IMG/VR virus record: IMGVR_UViG_3300028591_000001 | Span: 115,547 to 179,546 of that record | Strand: one strand, 5' to 3' | From: a virus | Taxonomy: Duplodnaviria > Heunggongvirae > Uroviricota > Caudoviricetes | Length of the DNA stretch: 64,000 nucleotides | Shown: positions 1 through 13,011 of the stretch, piece by piece | Position numbering within the stretch: the first letter of the stretch is position 1 | How the letters are laid out: every line of letters starts with the position of its first letter | Notes under the pieces: generated by a model | Database searches by the model: none | The model's input: only the letters and a program-made list of their open reading frames with translations | What the model was told of the DNA's origin: nothing | Position numbers and translations under genes: made by a program

Positions 1-3000
1 CTTATCCATTTTCTAATATATCAACTAAAGAGATTTCTTCCAAAAGAAATTCTAAGTCTAATTGAATTCCACATTCTAATTTATCTATTATTCCCAAATA
101 CTCACATATTATTTTTTCTTTAAGTTCATCAATATTGTTAGTAATAGGGAATAATTCCTAAAGCTTTATCCCATAAGAACCTAAATTAATATTTTTTATA
201 GGAAATTCAAATGGTTCCTAAATTGGGTTACAACCACATCTATTCATTTGCAACCACATCCACTAGATTTATATTTTTTGTTGCAATCATTCTATAAATT
301 GTTACATAGTCCATTACATCCTGTAATTCTTTCCAGAAGTCTTTCTGCTTCCTCATATTGGTCAATTTCTATCATATATTTTATGACATTTAATGCGGAC
401 CATAATAAATCTCTTTTATAAATTAATTCTTTATCTATTATAGATTTATTACAATTTATAGATGCAGCCTAATCAAATATCTAATAGCAAACATTAATAT
501 AACATTTTCGTAGTCTGCAAGTTTGAAAATAGTAATCATAAGTAATTTCCAAATTAGAAACATTTGGATTCATTTCCAAAAGAGTAGCAAGATCTACTTC
601 ATTATAAAAATGATAAAATTTTCCATTTTTATAATAATATTCTTGATTTTCGTCTTTTGAAAGTTTTAATGTTACTAAAGTATAAAATCCATCCATTCCT
701 AAACCAAAAGAAGGAGTTTCTTTTTCATTAGTTCTAATAAAGACATTACTTGTTACTCCAGTGGTTTGATTTAATTGTAATACATATATATAGGCATACT
801 CATTATTATAGTCTTCCTATATAATTGTATTACAATTTTTATCATAAGTTATTTTATTATTGCAGTTCATACGTTTTTAACTTCATCATTATAAGGGTTT
901 CCATCATATAACTACATAAACTCAATTTCAGTACGTTTAGAATCATTTTCAGCTTGAGATTCTTTAAATGTTCTGTCTGTCTTATTCTTATAATCATCAA
1001 GCTAGAATTGCATTTGATTCTTTTCTCTTTCTATCTGAAGTTTAGCTTCATTAAGAGATTCAATTTTGCTTTGAGCTTGTTGAAGTTGTTGTTGAGCTTG
1101 TTGTAGATTATTCTACAATTCTTCAACCTACTATGTAAGTTGCTGTATCTAATTATTTTCTTCTTTCTATTTCTTAATAGATTTTTTAACCATCGCTTTC
1201 ATTTCAGTTAAACTTTTAGCAGTCATAATATCCATAAGAATATCAGCAGAAACAATTCCTCCTTTTATAAATTCAGGAACAACTGCTCTTATTTGTTCCA
1301 TTTCCTTCAGTATTTCTGAAGAAGTAATTATATGTATATCGAAATCAGTAACTGTAAAGTATTTAGGAAGAGCAGTAAATATTTTCTATAATTTATTTCC
1401 TAATATTAATGTTCCTGTTAATCCATCTTTGTAAACTATTTTAGCACAATTTAAAGAATCCAATAAGATTTCTCTTGTTATTAAATCCATTTGATAATGC
1501 CATTGCTTGGTTACTATAAATGAATTATTAATTCCAGTTTGAACATTAGTTACTGCATCTCTCTATTGTATTCCATTTAATCTTTCTCTAAATACTCCAG
1601 TAATTGAAGATGTTGTCTATTCTACAGAGTCAATAGCTAATTGAATAGCTTGGACAGCCTATACTTTAATAGTATCATCAAATCCATTAAATATAGTAGT
1701 TAATGGTGCTTGTCCAGTATTTACTTGACCTTCTTGAGAAGTATCAATTAATGCTAATCCTTGTTTTTTATAGGCTTTCCATTTCATTAATCTTTCAGAT
1801 AAATCTTCTCCAAGAATTGCAGGAAGAGTTGGAAGGTTTACAAAATCTCCAACAGAACCGGATTGAGCTATTAAATTATCTCTATAGAAGTGCAAAAGGT
1901 CATAACGATCTTGAAGAACCATACATTTTTGAACCATAGAAAATGGTTCTCCTCCTCTATTATTAAACCATACCCCATTAACACTAAGAGTAGCTTTATT
2001 AGGAGCATCTTTAGTTCTTATTAAATCTTTATCTAATCCTTTTAAAACATATATTTCTGATCCAATTCTTACTGTAGAATATCTCTATTCAATAAAATTT
2101 TTATCAGTTTCTATCCATTCAACTTCATATACAGGAATTAAATCCTTATTATACCAATGTTGTTCTGGATATCCTGGAGTAACTTCTTCCCCAGCTCTTA
2201 TTCCATCTGTTGCAGGAGTTCCATCCTAATTATAACTTCTTATAAAATAAGAACCAGTAGTTTCTAAAGCGTCTGTCCACATTTCTTCAATTTTGGCAAG
2301 ATCGTTTTTAGATAAATCTTTACCATATTTACTAAGAATCTAATTTCTAGTTAAATATGTTCTAACTACAACTCTGTATGATTCATTAATATATGGAGAG
2401 TCATAGTTTAAGTCTGGAAACACATTAAGTGGATTTAAACAATCAATGTGTATATTTTTACCAGAAGAAGAAGGAAGAACTCTATAAAAAGTGAATCCAG
2501 AAACTAATAAATCTATAAATAACTACTTTAATTTAGTTACCAGATCAACATTTCTAGACTAAATGATATATTCAATAACATTCTGTCCAGCTATTTCATA
2601 TTCAGAAATAAAGTTTTCATTAATATCTTCTACTAATTTGTCTAACTATTCTTTTATATTTAGATCCTACATATCTTTGCTTCCAAGTATTCGTAAGAGA
2701 TTATTTTTGAGATTTGTTTGTAGGAGTTTGGTACATTCGGAAGCTATCTAAAGTTGTTTTTCTCTAAATATGTTATTAATAGTCGCAGTATCTTTACAAG
2801 AAACCTTTGGTAAAATTGGAACATCTAAATATTCTCCTACTAATGCATCAATATGTTTCCTGATTAAAGGAATAAACTCAACCGCTGTTGGCTACCCAAT
2901 ACCAAAGTTTTCTTCTAAGTATTTAAACTATTCCTTATCTCGTTTACAATTATAATAATTATAAGCTTTCTTTATAGCTGTTTTTTCCTAAACAAGTTCG

Positions 3001-3010
3001 GCAATAGCTA
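1..3010 (-). other. Late-gene block on the minus strand. Standard-code ORFs (e.g. 481-696, 1659-1937) are fragments of longer reading frames interrupted by in-frame TAG. Products unresolved.
   Basis: Adjacent same-frame ORFs separated only by TAG (rc CTA at 1659-1661 and 481-483). No TAA or TGA between fragments. Confidence 0.4.
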
Positions 3011-3012
3011 AA

Positions 3013-3309
3013 TCAGTTTTGCTAACAAGTTCTTCTTTCTTCATCTTCTGGATAAATTTTAACTCCTCTAAAGAATTTTACTCTATGTAATTGTCTAGAG
3101 ACGAGTTCTTGTTCAACAAATTTTAAAAAATCTTCTGCATTTAAATCTGCAGACATTTGTATTACGGGCTTATCTAAATTATCAAAGTCTAATTCAACTT
3201 TAAAACCTGTCCCGCCCTTCCCTAATTTAGTCACTCTAACATGTCCAGTATATTTACATTTGTATTTACACTCAATCATATTAGTAATGGCTTCTTCCAT
3301 TTCATTCAT
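3013..3309 (-). CDS. Small late protein, about 99 aa, with one recoded TAG
   Basis: ORF 3022-3309 reads through TAG at 3022-3024 to TGA at 3013-3015. ATGA overlap with the upstream gene. Confidence 0.4.
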
Positions 3310-5585
3310 CTATATCTAGGATTACTTGTTATATTCATTCCTGGAATATATCCAGTATTTATTTCTCCTTTAACTTCAAATTTATTTTGAGTAGGAATTA
3401 TTCCGTATCTCTTAACTCCTTTTTCATCAAAATAATAACCAATATCTCTAAGTCCTTGTCCAACAGGCTTATATTCTCTTGGAATAACATCATTTAATTC
3501 TTCATCTCCAACTTCAGCCATTTGACAGGCAGCTACCATATCAAATTTTCCTTTATTTTCGTCAGTATAAAGATTTAACTATTCTAAAAATTCTATAAAC
3601 CAAATATTATGACAGTAATCTTCTACATAGGAAGCAACTAAGTCAGTACCATGTTCAATCATAGCTGTAGTAGCTGTGGTACCATACTAGTTATTATTTC
3701 TTCTTCTTTCATCTCCTCCATAACAAGCTCTAGGACGTCTCATAAAGAAATGTGCGAATTTATTATCGCGAGCATAAGTTAAAACAGATAAACGAGTAGC
3801 TTCTATATTTGCTTTTGCCTGATAATACCATAACATTGCCATTGTTTGCTTGTAAGCATCTCTAATATCATCTGGTCTATCAAGATAATAAGCTACATAA
3901 GTTGGCTCCTTCATTCCATGTACTCTTCTTTTTATCATTGTACAGAATTTAGAAGGATCTCTGGTTTGAACAGAGGTTTCTGCCTAACCAATATCAATAC
4001 CGTCTATTCCAGCAACATATAGATTTTGTATTATGGGACTACCATCTTCCCATAAAGGATGCTCTAATATTCTAACTGGACCATTTGGATTAGGTTTAAA
4101 TCTAACTCCAGTGATATTCTCCCTTTTTCTTTCAGGTCCAGAATAAATAAATTCCATATATCCTCTCTAAATAGGAGGAGCCTATTTTTTAATTCTAATA
4201 GAAATTATTTGTTCAGCTATTTTAAGTTTATTAAATTTATTTACACCTTCAGCTGCAAAAGCTTCTTCTGCTGTAAAACATTGCTCCGCCTTATGCTCAA
4301 GAAGTGTCTGTGGATCAGTAATTTCTGCTCTTCTCTATTCATAATATTCTCTTTGTTTTTTCATCAAGTATTCGCCTCGACTTCCAACAAACTTAGAGTT
4401 ATTCATTGATATATAAGCAGGAATAAAGTAAGCAGTTTCTACCCAATCCCCATCTTCTGTATAATTATGTTTAAAAGGCAGAACCTAGAACATTTTAGGA
4501 TTATAATATACTTTTCTAAGTCCTTCAAGGTTTGGACCCGCGTCACCTCCCGTTCCTACTGCTGCAATAATTCCAATTTTATTACCACCAACAGTAACAA
4601 GTTCTTCAGCTTTTATGAATGATCTCTCTAAGATAGGATTAGAACCAGACTCTTCAAGAAATAAGAAACCTACACGGTCACCACGCATCTTTCTATCTTT
4701 GTCCACAACTATGCCTTCTATTTGAGACATAAAACCTGTTTCAATCTTTTGTCCATTTACTACTTTATAATGAGAAGCTCTTTTCTTAGTAGCAGTATTA
4801 ATTACCTATCTAAGTTTAAGCATTCCTCCCTAGGTATTATCATCAGTAAATGTTATTCCAGCATTTATCTTATCAAGAGTTTTCTTAACATAATTATCAT
4901 CAAATGCTGTGAGCAAACATATACTATTTTTAAAACAATTAAAAAAGTTATCAAATATAGAAGCATGTATTTCAGAAAATCCACAACCACGGTTTTTCAT
5001 TACTGTCATATTCTTCCTTAACTTTCTACATAATTCAAAATAGTGGAAGAATTCGTATTGATAAACAAAGAAACGAGGAAATATAATAGAACGACTATCA
5101 CCTGCAACATCTTGTTCTGTATTAGGTAATTGATAGTAGTTAAGAAAATAATAGTTAAATCCAGTAATAGTATAACCATTAACTGTCATTCCTTCCTTGC
5201 ATCTTCTATATTCTTCATTCCAGAAATCTCTATAAAGTTTAGAACCAGGGTAGTAAGAACAATATTGTTCAGTTTTTAAAAATGTTTCACGAGCTTCAGT
5301 AAACCAAGAAGGATCAAAGTCTAATCCTTCTGTTTCTGTTATTGGTTTATATCCAGTTAATTCATAAGAAAGTCTTTTATCAAAGTAAGGTACTGGATCG
5401 TCTATTTTAACATCCCATTCACCTTCTCGATGTTCTATAGTAGTCTCTGGTTTAATTTCTTCTATTTGCTGTTGAAGTTCTTCTTGTTTCTATTTAACCT
5501 CTTCAACTATAGATTTGACTTCCTCAGGAATTTCTGGTATAGGATTCTTACGTGGACGGCCTCTTTTCTTTTTAACCTCTTCCAT
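3306..5585 (-). CDS. Large late protein, about 760 aa, with at least 8 recoded TAG codons. Possibly the terminase large subunit: C-terminal DxD...E...D pattern, N-terminal KRGRPRK.
   Basis: ORFs 4830-5189, 4485-4730, 3687-3938 and 3306-3539 share one frame and are joined only by TAG. ATG at 5583-5585 (MEEVKKKRGRPRK). Motifs VAGIDGIDIG, SYVEDY and GKFDMVAA suggest an RNase H-like nuclease, but no Walker A was recognised. Confidence 0.4.
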
Positions 5586-5589
5586 TAAT

Positions 5590-7800
5590 CAGGCATAAAT
5601 CCTTCAACAGCTCCACCACGTATTTGACTTTGCTCCATAACTTCTTTCTTAACAAGAGATTCGATTTGTTTAAGAGTTTCAATCTAATCAGCAGCTTCTT
5701 TCATTGAAGCTTGAACATCTTTAACTTTAATAAGGTATTTACCCTATTCATCTTGTTCTTGTAAGTCTACATTATGAAAATAGTCTATAATCTTATCAGT
5801 TACTTCCTAAGCAGCTTGAAGTAATCTAACATATCTATTGGAATCCTATAGTGCTACATACTTTCTACAAGCAGCACGAAATTCTGGATTATTCCATTCT
5901 TCCTCAGTAATATGAGCATCTTTTAGAGCGGCTTCATGTCTTTCCTAATTACTATAATTAGCATAAGGTGATTTCCAATCAATTGCTAAATATATATAAG
6001 TAAATTCTCTATCAGCTCTAATATGGTCTAATCCTGAAGGATCTTCTTTACATTTATTTCTAGAAGGTTCTAGTAATTTTTTAAATTCATCAATTAAAAC
6101 TAAATCAGCAGTTACTAATTGTGCCCTTCCAGTTTTCTAATTATAATCCCATATATTCATATTTACATTAACATTTTATAAATTAATTAATATTTATTAG
6201 TGGTTCTTTTAAATCCAGCAGTTTTAGATGTAGCATCATCAAATTTCTAGAAAATCCCTGTTCCCATATTTGGACGAGTCTAATCTAAACTTTTTACTCG
6301 TAAAGGAGTATATTCTACTCCAGGAAGTCTTCTTCTAATTGTACTAATCATAGATCCCGCACTACCAGGAGTAATGTTTCCTATTGTGCCTAAATAGTGG
6401 TCCGGATTACTTGCAATAACTTTTAATACCATTTCTCTTTCACTGTTAGGAAGCTTATCTAAAACATTATTCATATTTAATCTAGAAGCTTTTGTCATTT
6501 TATAACCATCATATATTTCCTAGTAATTAGGAATATTTGGAACTTGTTCTAATTTTTTTAATCCTGGAGTTCCTCCTCTAGCTGTCCCATTTGCTCGTCT
6601 TGTTGCAGCACTTTTTTGTCCTGCTATCATTCTTGCTTTTGCAATTTCTGCAGTTTTTGCAGCTTTCTATGCTTTCATAGCTTTAACCATTTGTAAAGCT
6701 TCCAAAGCATTTTTAGCTTTTACAGGTCCAGGGGCAGTTCCAGTCTAAGTATAAGGATTATTAGTAGTTCTACTTTTTTCTTCAATAAAATTATAAAGAT
6801 CTGTTAAAGGAAAGTTTGAATAATTTCCTGCTCCTTGAGGAACAGGATTATAATAATATTCTCCATTTATTCCTCTACCATTTATTCCTCCCTTTATAGT
6901 ACCTTCTTGATAAAAGGGATTCCGTTTAAACTACCTCCCTATAAATGTTTCTTAAGTTTAGAACCACATCTAGCTTTTTTAAATTCTGCTACAACTCCTC
7001 CTTGTTCTTTTTTTATCTTAGCTCCACATTTATGTTGAGGAGTTCCTTCACCTTTTCCTTGTCTAGCATCTTGTTGATTCTTTTTAGTTTTATCAATTTC
7101 TGCTTGAGTCATTTTACGATGTTTTCCAAGTTTTGGATCGTATGTTGTATTAGCTTCTGGGTCAACTTTAGCTTTAGCTTCTTCAATTTTTTGTTTAGCT
7201 CTATTTTTAAATCTTTCAACTGCAGAGCCTAATCCAGCTTTTGTTACTTGGCCTCCTTCTTCTTTTTTCTTGCAACCACAACCTACTAAACCACCTTTCT
7301 TATAATAAACCACTTCCTCGTCTTCAGCACATTGATTCTTTAAAGATTTGAAATAATTTAGTTTAGCACCATGAAGAGCTTTCTATTTTTGTTCTGAAGT
7401 CTATTCTTCTTGTTGAGTCTATTTTTTTCCTAGAACTTCATTAGTTTTTCTTTGAATATACTTTTCTCCACCTTGTGTCTAAACAAATTGTGCTAATTCT
7501 TTCTAATCTTTTGGATTTCTTTTATATTTATTCTAGAAATCTTTTACAATAGAAGATACTACTTTTTTCTATTTATCATCCATAGTTAATCAATTAAGAT
7601 TAAATCTTTTGTAGAGAATACTGCTTCCTGTAAAAAGCCATTCTCTGTAAACCATCTCACCTTTACTCCTTTAAGTAAAGGGTTTTTATCTTCATTTCTA
7701 ATTATAGAGCGTTCTACTCTATATACCAACATAATAGGTTTATTTGGTATGTCCTGGCGTAGAGTTACTCTCTACCCAGGAACAAAATAAATCTTTTCAT
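5590..7800 (-). other. Further late genes on the minus strand, TAG-recoded, including ORF 6280-6498 and the Lys-rich ORF 6939-7313. Boundaries unresolved.
   Basis: Continuous minus-strand reading frames broken only by TAG. 6939-7313 is a very basic K-rich protein. Confidence 0.35.
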
Positions 7801-7806
7801 CCATCA

Positions 7807-8397
7807 TTATTTATTTTTAATATTCTTGAATCTTTCAGTAAGATTTTCATTAACAACTGCAAGAACTCTGTTTTCGCATACAAGTTGTAAGTTCTGTTTA
7901 TAGAAAGGAACAGGTACTGCAGAATTTTTAGTAAAGAAAATAGTATCGTTAGGTTGACACCATTTTACTTCTGGACCAACTTCTTGAATAACTCCTACTT
8001 TAATAAATTGTTCTTCTTCTTCAATTTGACCATTATCAGTATTTTTATACTGAGGAGCCATACCTCCCATATCAAGAATAAGACCAGACTTAGAATCACG
8101 AACAATTCTTTGGAAAGGATTATCTTCAAATTGTTTTACAAGAACATAATTGCCGATAGGCATTATTTCTATATTGGCCATATTTTCATTTACTTTCTTA
8201 GCAAACTCCTCTACATTAGTAAATTGTTTATCAATTTTTTCTGTAAATTTGTCTACTTCTTCGTTAAATTTTTTAACATTACGTTGTTCAATAACGTCCT
8301 CTGCTGTAGTTCCATCTAAAGTCATTACTCTACTTGTACTTTCTCCTGCTACATGCATAGCAATTTTTTCATTCTCACTTAAAATTGGATGTTCCAT
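7807..8397 (-). CDS. GroES-like co-chaperonin (Cpn10 or T4 gp31-like) with an N-terminal extension
   Basis: C-terminal half MPIGNYVLVK...SGLIL...GVIQEVGPEV...GDTIFF...LAVVNE matches the GroES signature pattern. Uninterrupted 196-aa ORF. Confidence 0.5.
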   Translation of the reverse strand: MEHPILSENEKIAMHVAGESTSRVMTLDGTTAEDVIEQRNVKKFNEEVDKFTEKIDKQFTNVEEFAKKVNENMANIEIMPIGNYVLVKQFEDNPFQRIVRDSKSGLILDMGGMAPQYKNTDNGQIEEEEQFIKVGVIQEVGPEVKWCQPNDTIFFTKNSAVPVPFYKQNLQLVCENRVLAVVNENLTERFKNIKNK

Positions 8398-8398
8398 A

Positions 8399-8620
8399 TT
8401 ACCATTTATTCATTAAACATTTTTCAGATTCAATGCTTGCTTTACTTTTTAATATACAACCGCATTGATCACATATATGTGAACTCATATACTTTATATT
8501 ATGTTCACAAGTTTTACATATATCTAATCTTCTTTTTTGTTCATCTGAAGTATAACCAGTTAAATTTCTCCAGTTACCTACTATTATATTTCGTAATTTA
8601 AGAAAGAGATTCTTTAACAT
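8399..8620 (-). CDS. Small zinc-ribbon protein (CxxC...CxxC)
   Basis: 73-aa ORF carrying CKTCEH...CDQCGC. Confidence 0.4.
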   Translation of the reverse strand: MLKNLFLKLRNIIVGNWRNLTGYTSDEQKRRLDICKTCEHNIKYMSSHICDQCGCILKSKASIESEKCLMNKW

Positions 8621-8897
8621 CTTTGTAGTATCTTAGATATTCTTTATACTATCTTTCATCTAGATAGTAAATAACTCCATCTATTTCTACTTTTTTTAGC
8701 ATTACCATTTTCCAGCAACACAATGATTATTTAAGTTTCTCATCTTTATGAGAATGTGACAACCACAACCTCTGATAAATCCGGGTTTTGCAAAAGAGGA
8801 AACTTCATTAGTATCTGGATTTAACCAAAGTTTTGGATTACATAATCCCATAGCAGGACTAAAAATAGGACAATTCTTACAAATGTCTCTACGTTCA

Positions 8898-9809
8898 TCA
8901 ATATTCTATTCGTGCATATTTAGCTTTTTGTTTTTCTAATTTGTTTTGTTTAGCATAATGTTTTAACATCTTTTCTACATCCTCTTTTAAATAAGAACAA
9001 TGATATAAAGTATTTTTTCCAGAATGATCATAATGATTTAAAATTAAATCTTTTATAATGAAATCAGAATTTAATTTTTGAAGCATCCACGCATAAGTTG
9101 ATAATTGTAATTGATAGTGATTAAAATTACATTCATCTAAATGTCCTAAAGGATATTTCATTTTATCGGTACAACGATTTGCATTATTGTAAAATCCTTT
9201 TAAATCTATTTTAGCATTAGTTTTATGGTCTATGATATAAATATCATTTCCATTTTTTACTATAAGGTCTATTTGTCCTGCCAAGTGTAAATCAATTTTA
9301 GGATTATCATAATATATAAGGTACTCAGGATATATTCCATAGTCTAAGTTAAGATCAGTATAATCTTTTTTACATTCAAATTTTCCTCCAATACCAAACT
9401 TCTTTAAAGTAATATTAGAACCAGCATTATAAAAAGAATTTTCTAACTGTGCATGAATTTTAGTTCCTCTTTCACAAGCAATTCTATTTGTTTCTGCCCA
9501 TTCATCAAGAATATCTTGTTGAACTTTATTTAGATTTTCTTGAGATATATTATATACCTCTAAAAAATCTTTTGGTATTTTATGGTTTTTCCAAATACCT
9601 CCTTTTTCTTTTTTCCAGTCTTCTGGAGACATTATTCTTTCTAAAGCTTTATAAGCACTTACAAATTCCTTATCAAATTCTTTTCCATACCTTTCTATTA
9701 AAGTAGTTACAGAGATATATTTGATAGTAGGATCATTTAAATTTCCGTAGTAATGGTCAGCTTCTCTAAATCCTACTGAACCATTAATTTTATCATATCC
9801 CATTTTCAT
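8898..9809 (-). CDS. PD-(D/E)XK family nuclease (RecB or Cas4-like fold)
   Basis: 303-aa ORF with GQIDLIV...IYIIDHKT (D...D-x-K) and several Cys residues. No TAG. Confidence 0.55.
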   Translation of the reverse strand: MKMGYDKINGSVGFREADHYYGNLNDPTIKYISVTTLIERYGKEFDKEFVSAYKALERIMSPEDWKKEKGGIWKNHKIPKDFLEVYNISQENLNKVQQDILDEWAETNRIACERGTKIHAQLENSFYNAGSNITLKKFGIGGKFECKKDYTDLNLDYGIYPEYLIYYDNPKIDLHLAGQIDLIVKNGNDIYIIDHKTNAKIDLKGFYNNANRCTDKMKYPLGHLDECNFNHYQLQLSTYAWMLQKLNSDFIIKDLILNHYDHSGKNTLYHCSYLKEDVEKMLKHYAKQNKLEKQKAKYARIEY

Positions 9810-9832
9810 ATAACATATATTTTTTATTTAAT

Positions 9833-10441
9833 TTAAGAATTATCTTTTATATACTATAATATACCTTCTACATGAAGTCTTACAATTGCATGAAATCCTT
9901 CATCACTAAGTAAATAATCTACATCTTTTTTATTATCCTAAAAAAAGTTTTCTGTTAATACTGCAGGACAATTCGTATTTTTTAATACATATAAATGAGC
10001 TTCTTTATCTGGATCTCCATCTGACAAATCAATTCTCATTTTTTTATCCTTTAGATTAAGTTTTGCTGCATTATATAAACAGGTTGCAAGTTTATCAGCT
10101 TTTGTTTTTCCTACTGATGTATAAACTTCCCAACCTGTTGCATCATGCCACTTTCCATCAGAAGCGGCGGCATTTACATGTATTGAAACATATATACAAT
10201 TCTTATATTGTTTCACTAATTCATTAACAATTTTACATCTTAATTGTAATTCTTTAGATTGAGATACTTTTAAATCATCATCTTCTATATCAATAAATAC
10301 TTGGTATCCCATATCTTTAAGAATATCTCTTACAGCCTTACACACTTCTCTAGAATATTTATATTCTTTAAATCTTCCATCAGGAGAACCTTTCCCTAAG
10401 ATGCTTTTCTAATGAGCTGTGCCAAGAAAAATTGTAATCAT
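9833..10441 (-). CDS. N-acetylmuramoyl-L-alanine amidase (Amidase_3) endolysin with 3 recoded TAG codons
   Basis: MITIFLGTAH[TAG]KSILGKGSPDG...SIHVNAA...GWEVYT... ATG at 10439-10441. Reads through TAG at 10409-10411, 9938-9940 and 9854-9856 to TAA at 9833-9835. Confidence 0.75.
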
Positions 10442-11184
10442 TTGCATATTTTATCGTAGTCAAGAAGTAATGCTAATTTTTGAATATGAGGAAGAATATC
10501 TCCAGCATATTTATAATCATAACTTTTAGGTTCTTTATAAAAAAGAATAATTAAACCTATTTGAGAAGCATGTCCTTCGATAGTAAAAAAAGAAACAGAT
10601 TTTGCATTACTAGCTTTTACTAATCTATAAAGTTTTGGGAGAGAGTATCCCATGTCTTCTACATCCTCAAATTTAACAAAACTTTGACTGTGTATTTTAG
10701 ATAATTCATCTGCATAGTATATATAATCTAACTTATTCCACTACTATTGAAGAGTAGGAGTATCTAATGATCTTGGAGCTTCTGTGAGACAAGATAAATA
10801 CAAATATTTATAACCTTGTAAACTTTGAGTATTATTATGATAATTCAAAAGTAATACATCAAAAGCATCCCTATCTACTTCTGCTATCAGCTGGACCTAC
10901 TGATTTATTTCAATAGCAGTTTCCATAGAATATTGTTCAGCCTTTTTATTACTTACAATTTCCTACTCAAACCGTTCTGTCATTATTCTTCCAGTTTCTC
11001 CAGTTATCTGAGAATACAAAACCCATCCAAACAAAAGAACAATAATTAAAGTCTTCGTTTCTGGACGAATTCTATCAAGTACTCTCCACAAATACTTAAT
11101 CCAATTTAAATTCATTTTTTTGTTAATTATAAAATAAAAATATTTGTATTTACTCAAAGTTATTAGTATATTTAGTAATGTCAA
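10438..11184 (-). CDS. Lysis-associated membrane protein (holin or spanin candidate), TAG-recoded
   Basis: N-terminal TM segment LIIVLLFGWVLYSQI. ORFs 10963-11184 and 10438-10653 are in one frame joined by TAGs. Lies immediately upstream of the amidase. Confidence 0.4.
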
Positions 11185-11286
11185 AATAATTAATATTTAA
11201 AAATATAAAAATTGAATTTTTGAATAAGATATTTACTTTTAATTTAACACTTTATATAAAATATGAATAAAAAATAGATTAGAAAG

Positions 11287-12261
11287 ATGTAGACTGCTAG
11301 TGGAGGTCCACTTCAATTAACTCCAGAAGAACAAAAGTATTTAGAATGGAGTAAAATGACTCCAAAATAGCAATAGACTTATAGAATAAATAGAGCTAAA
11401 GCTTATTTTAATGATGGACAATTATGGAATGCAGCAAAATCTTATTTTGGAGGATTTGATCCTAGAAATCCACATTTAATTACTGGAGAGGCTCCTAGTC
11501 CAGGAATGAGAAATCCTAAGTAGATAATACAAGGAGTTTAGAAAGCTAAATCTATAGCTTAGAGAGCTGCTAAAATTTCTGATAAAGTGTTTGATAGACA
11601 ATATTGGAGGGCAATAAGTAGTGGAAATCCTAAGAGAGTTTAGGCTGTAAGAAGTTTACATTTTAGTGCTAAAGCTCCTGAAACAAAAGTTGTTGATATT
11701 AAAGGAAGACCTCAATTGGTAATTCATAAAACACCTAATTATTTTATAAAATTTGATAATAATAGAAGTTATGGAAAAGTAAATTGGTTTGCAACAAAAA
11801 ATGCTTTTGAAGGAGAAGAAGGAGTATTTGCAACTGGTGCTGGACGTAATCCGAGAGAAATGAAATTATATGTTAATATAAAAAATCCCCACATTCCAAC
11901 TTTAGATGAAGGGGTAGAACCTGCATATATAAATGAAGGAGAAGATGGAATTTTAGCAATTGTAGACAATAACTATACTAATTATTTTCCTTCTACGTCA
12001 AAAGCAGGAAAAGGATTTAGAATATCCGGGGGAGTAAATAATCCTTATGCGTTAAAATCCTATAATTCTATAACTTATGATAATAATGGAAATATTATTC
12101 CTATTTCTTAGAGAGATAATTTTTTAATTAATGATATAAGATATAAACAAGGAGGTAAAATGAATATATTAGAATTTTTAAAGAATGGAAGTAGAATCCA
12201 TATTAAAGAAAAGAACAAGGGTAAATATTTTAAATCAATTAATAAATATGTAAATGTATGA
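11287..12261 (+). CDS. Late protein of about 324 aa with 6 recoded TAG codons (the first is codon 2). Ends at TGA.
   Basis: Frame traced by hand from ATG 11287 through TAG at 11290, 11368, 11374, 11521, 11539, 11560, 11641 and 12109 to TGA at 12259. Confidence 0.5.
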
Positions 12262-13010
12262 TGGAAGAAAAATTAACAAAGGAAGAGTTACAAGAATTAG
12301 GAAGTTCTTTTAATTCAAAATTAGGAATGGATATGTTTAAGAAAATAGATGGAGTTGTTTATAAATTATGTACTAAATGTCTTAAATATAAACCAATGAA
12401 TGAAGAATATTTTCCACATAGAAGTAATGTAAAATGTGGATTTGATTCTAGATGTAAGGAATGTTATAAAGAAAAAGAAAAAACTAGAGTTAGAGTCAAA
12501 CCATTTAACGAAGAAGGAGAATTATATTGTTTAAAATGTAAGTAGTATAAACCTTTATCTGAATTTTATCCAAATTCTAGTAATACTAAAAATAGAAATT
12601 ATTATTCTAATTATTGTAAATCTTGTGAATCTGAAAGAAGTAAAATAAAAAGAGAAAATTACCATTCTGATGATCCTATTTTATTTTTTAGAGATTTAGC
12701 AACTGCTTGTAGAGGTAGGGCTTATCGTAGTAATAAATTTAAATGTACAATTACTAAAGAAGATTTGTTAGATTTATATGAAAAACAAAATCATAAATGT
12801 GCATTATCTGGAATTGAAATGACTACAATAAAAGAAAAAGGAAGATTACCAAATAATGCTTCTGTTGATAGAATAAATCCTGGAAAAGATTATTCTATTG
12901 ATAATATAAGATTAGTATGCAATCATATAAATATGATGCGATCAGATTTATCAGATGAAGAACTTTTAAAATATTGTAAAGCTATTGTAGATTATGTTAA
13001 TAGAATTTAA
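12258..13010 (+). CDS. HNH homing endonuclease with one recoded TAG
   Basis: ORFs 12258-12545 and 12765-13010 are in one frame joined by TAG at 12544. Motif ASVDRINPGKDYSIDNIRLVCNHINMM (HNH_3-like) plus Cys-rich zinc fingers. Confidence 0.7.
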
Positions 13011-13011
13011 A

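Noticed and set aside
1703-1939. Plus-strand 78-aa ORF in the late block
   Set aside because: It is antisense to a TAG-continuous minus-strand frame and has low-complexity Leu/Ile content.
3306-5585. Firm terminase large-subunit call
   Set aside because: No Walker A motif was found by eye. Only the C-terminal Asp/Glu pattern is suggestive, so it is kept as a possibility rather than a call.
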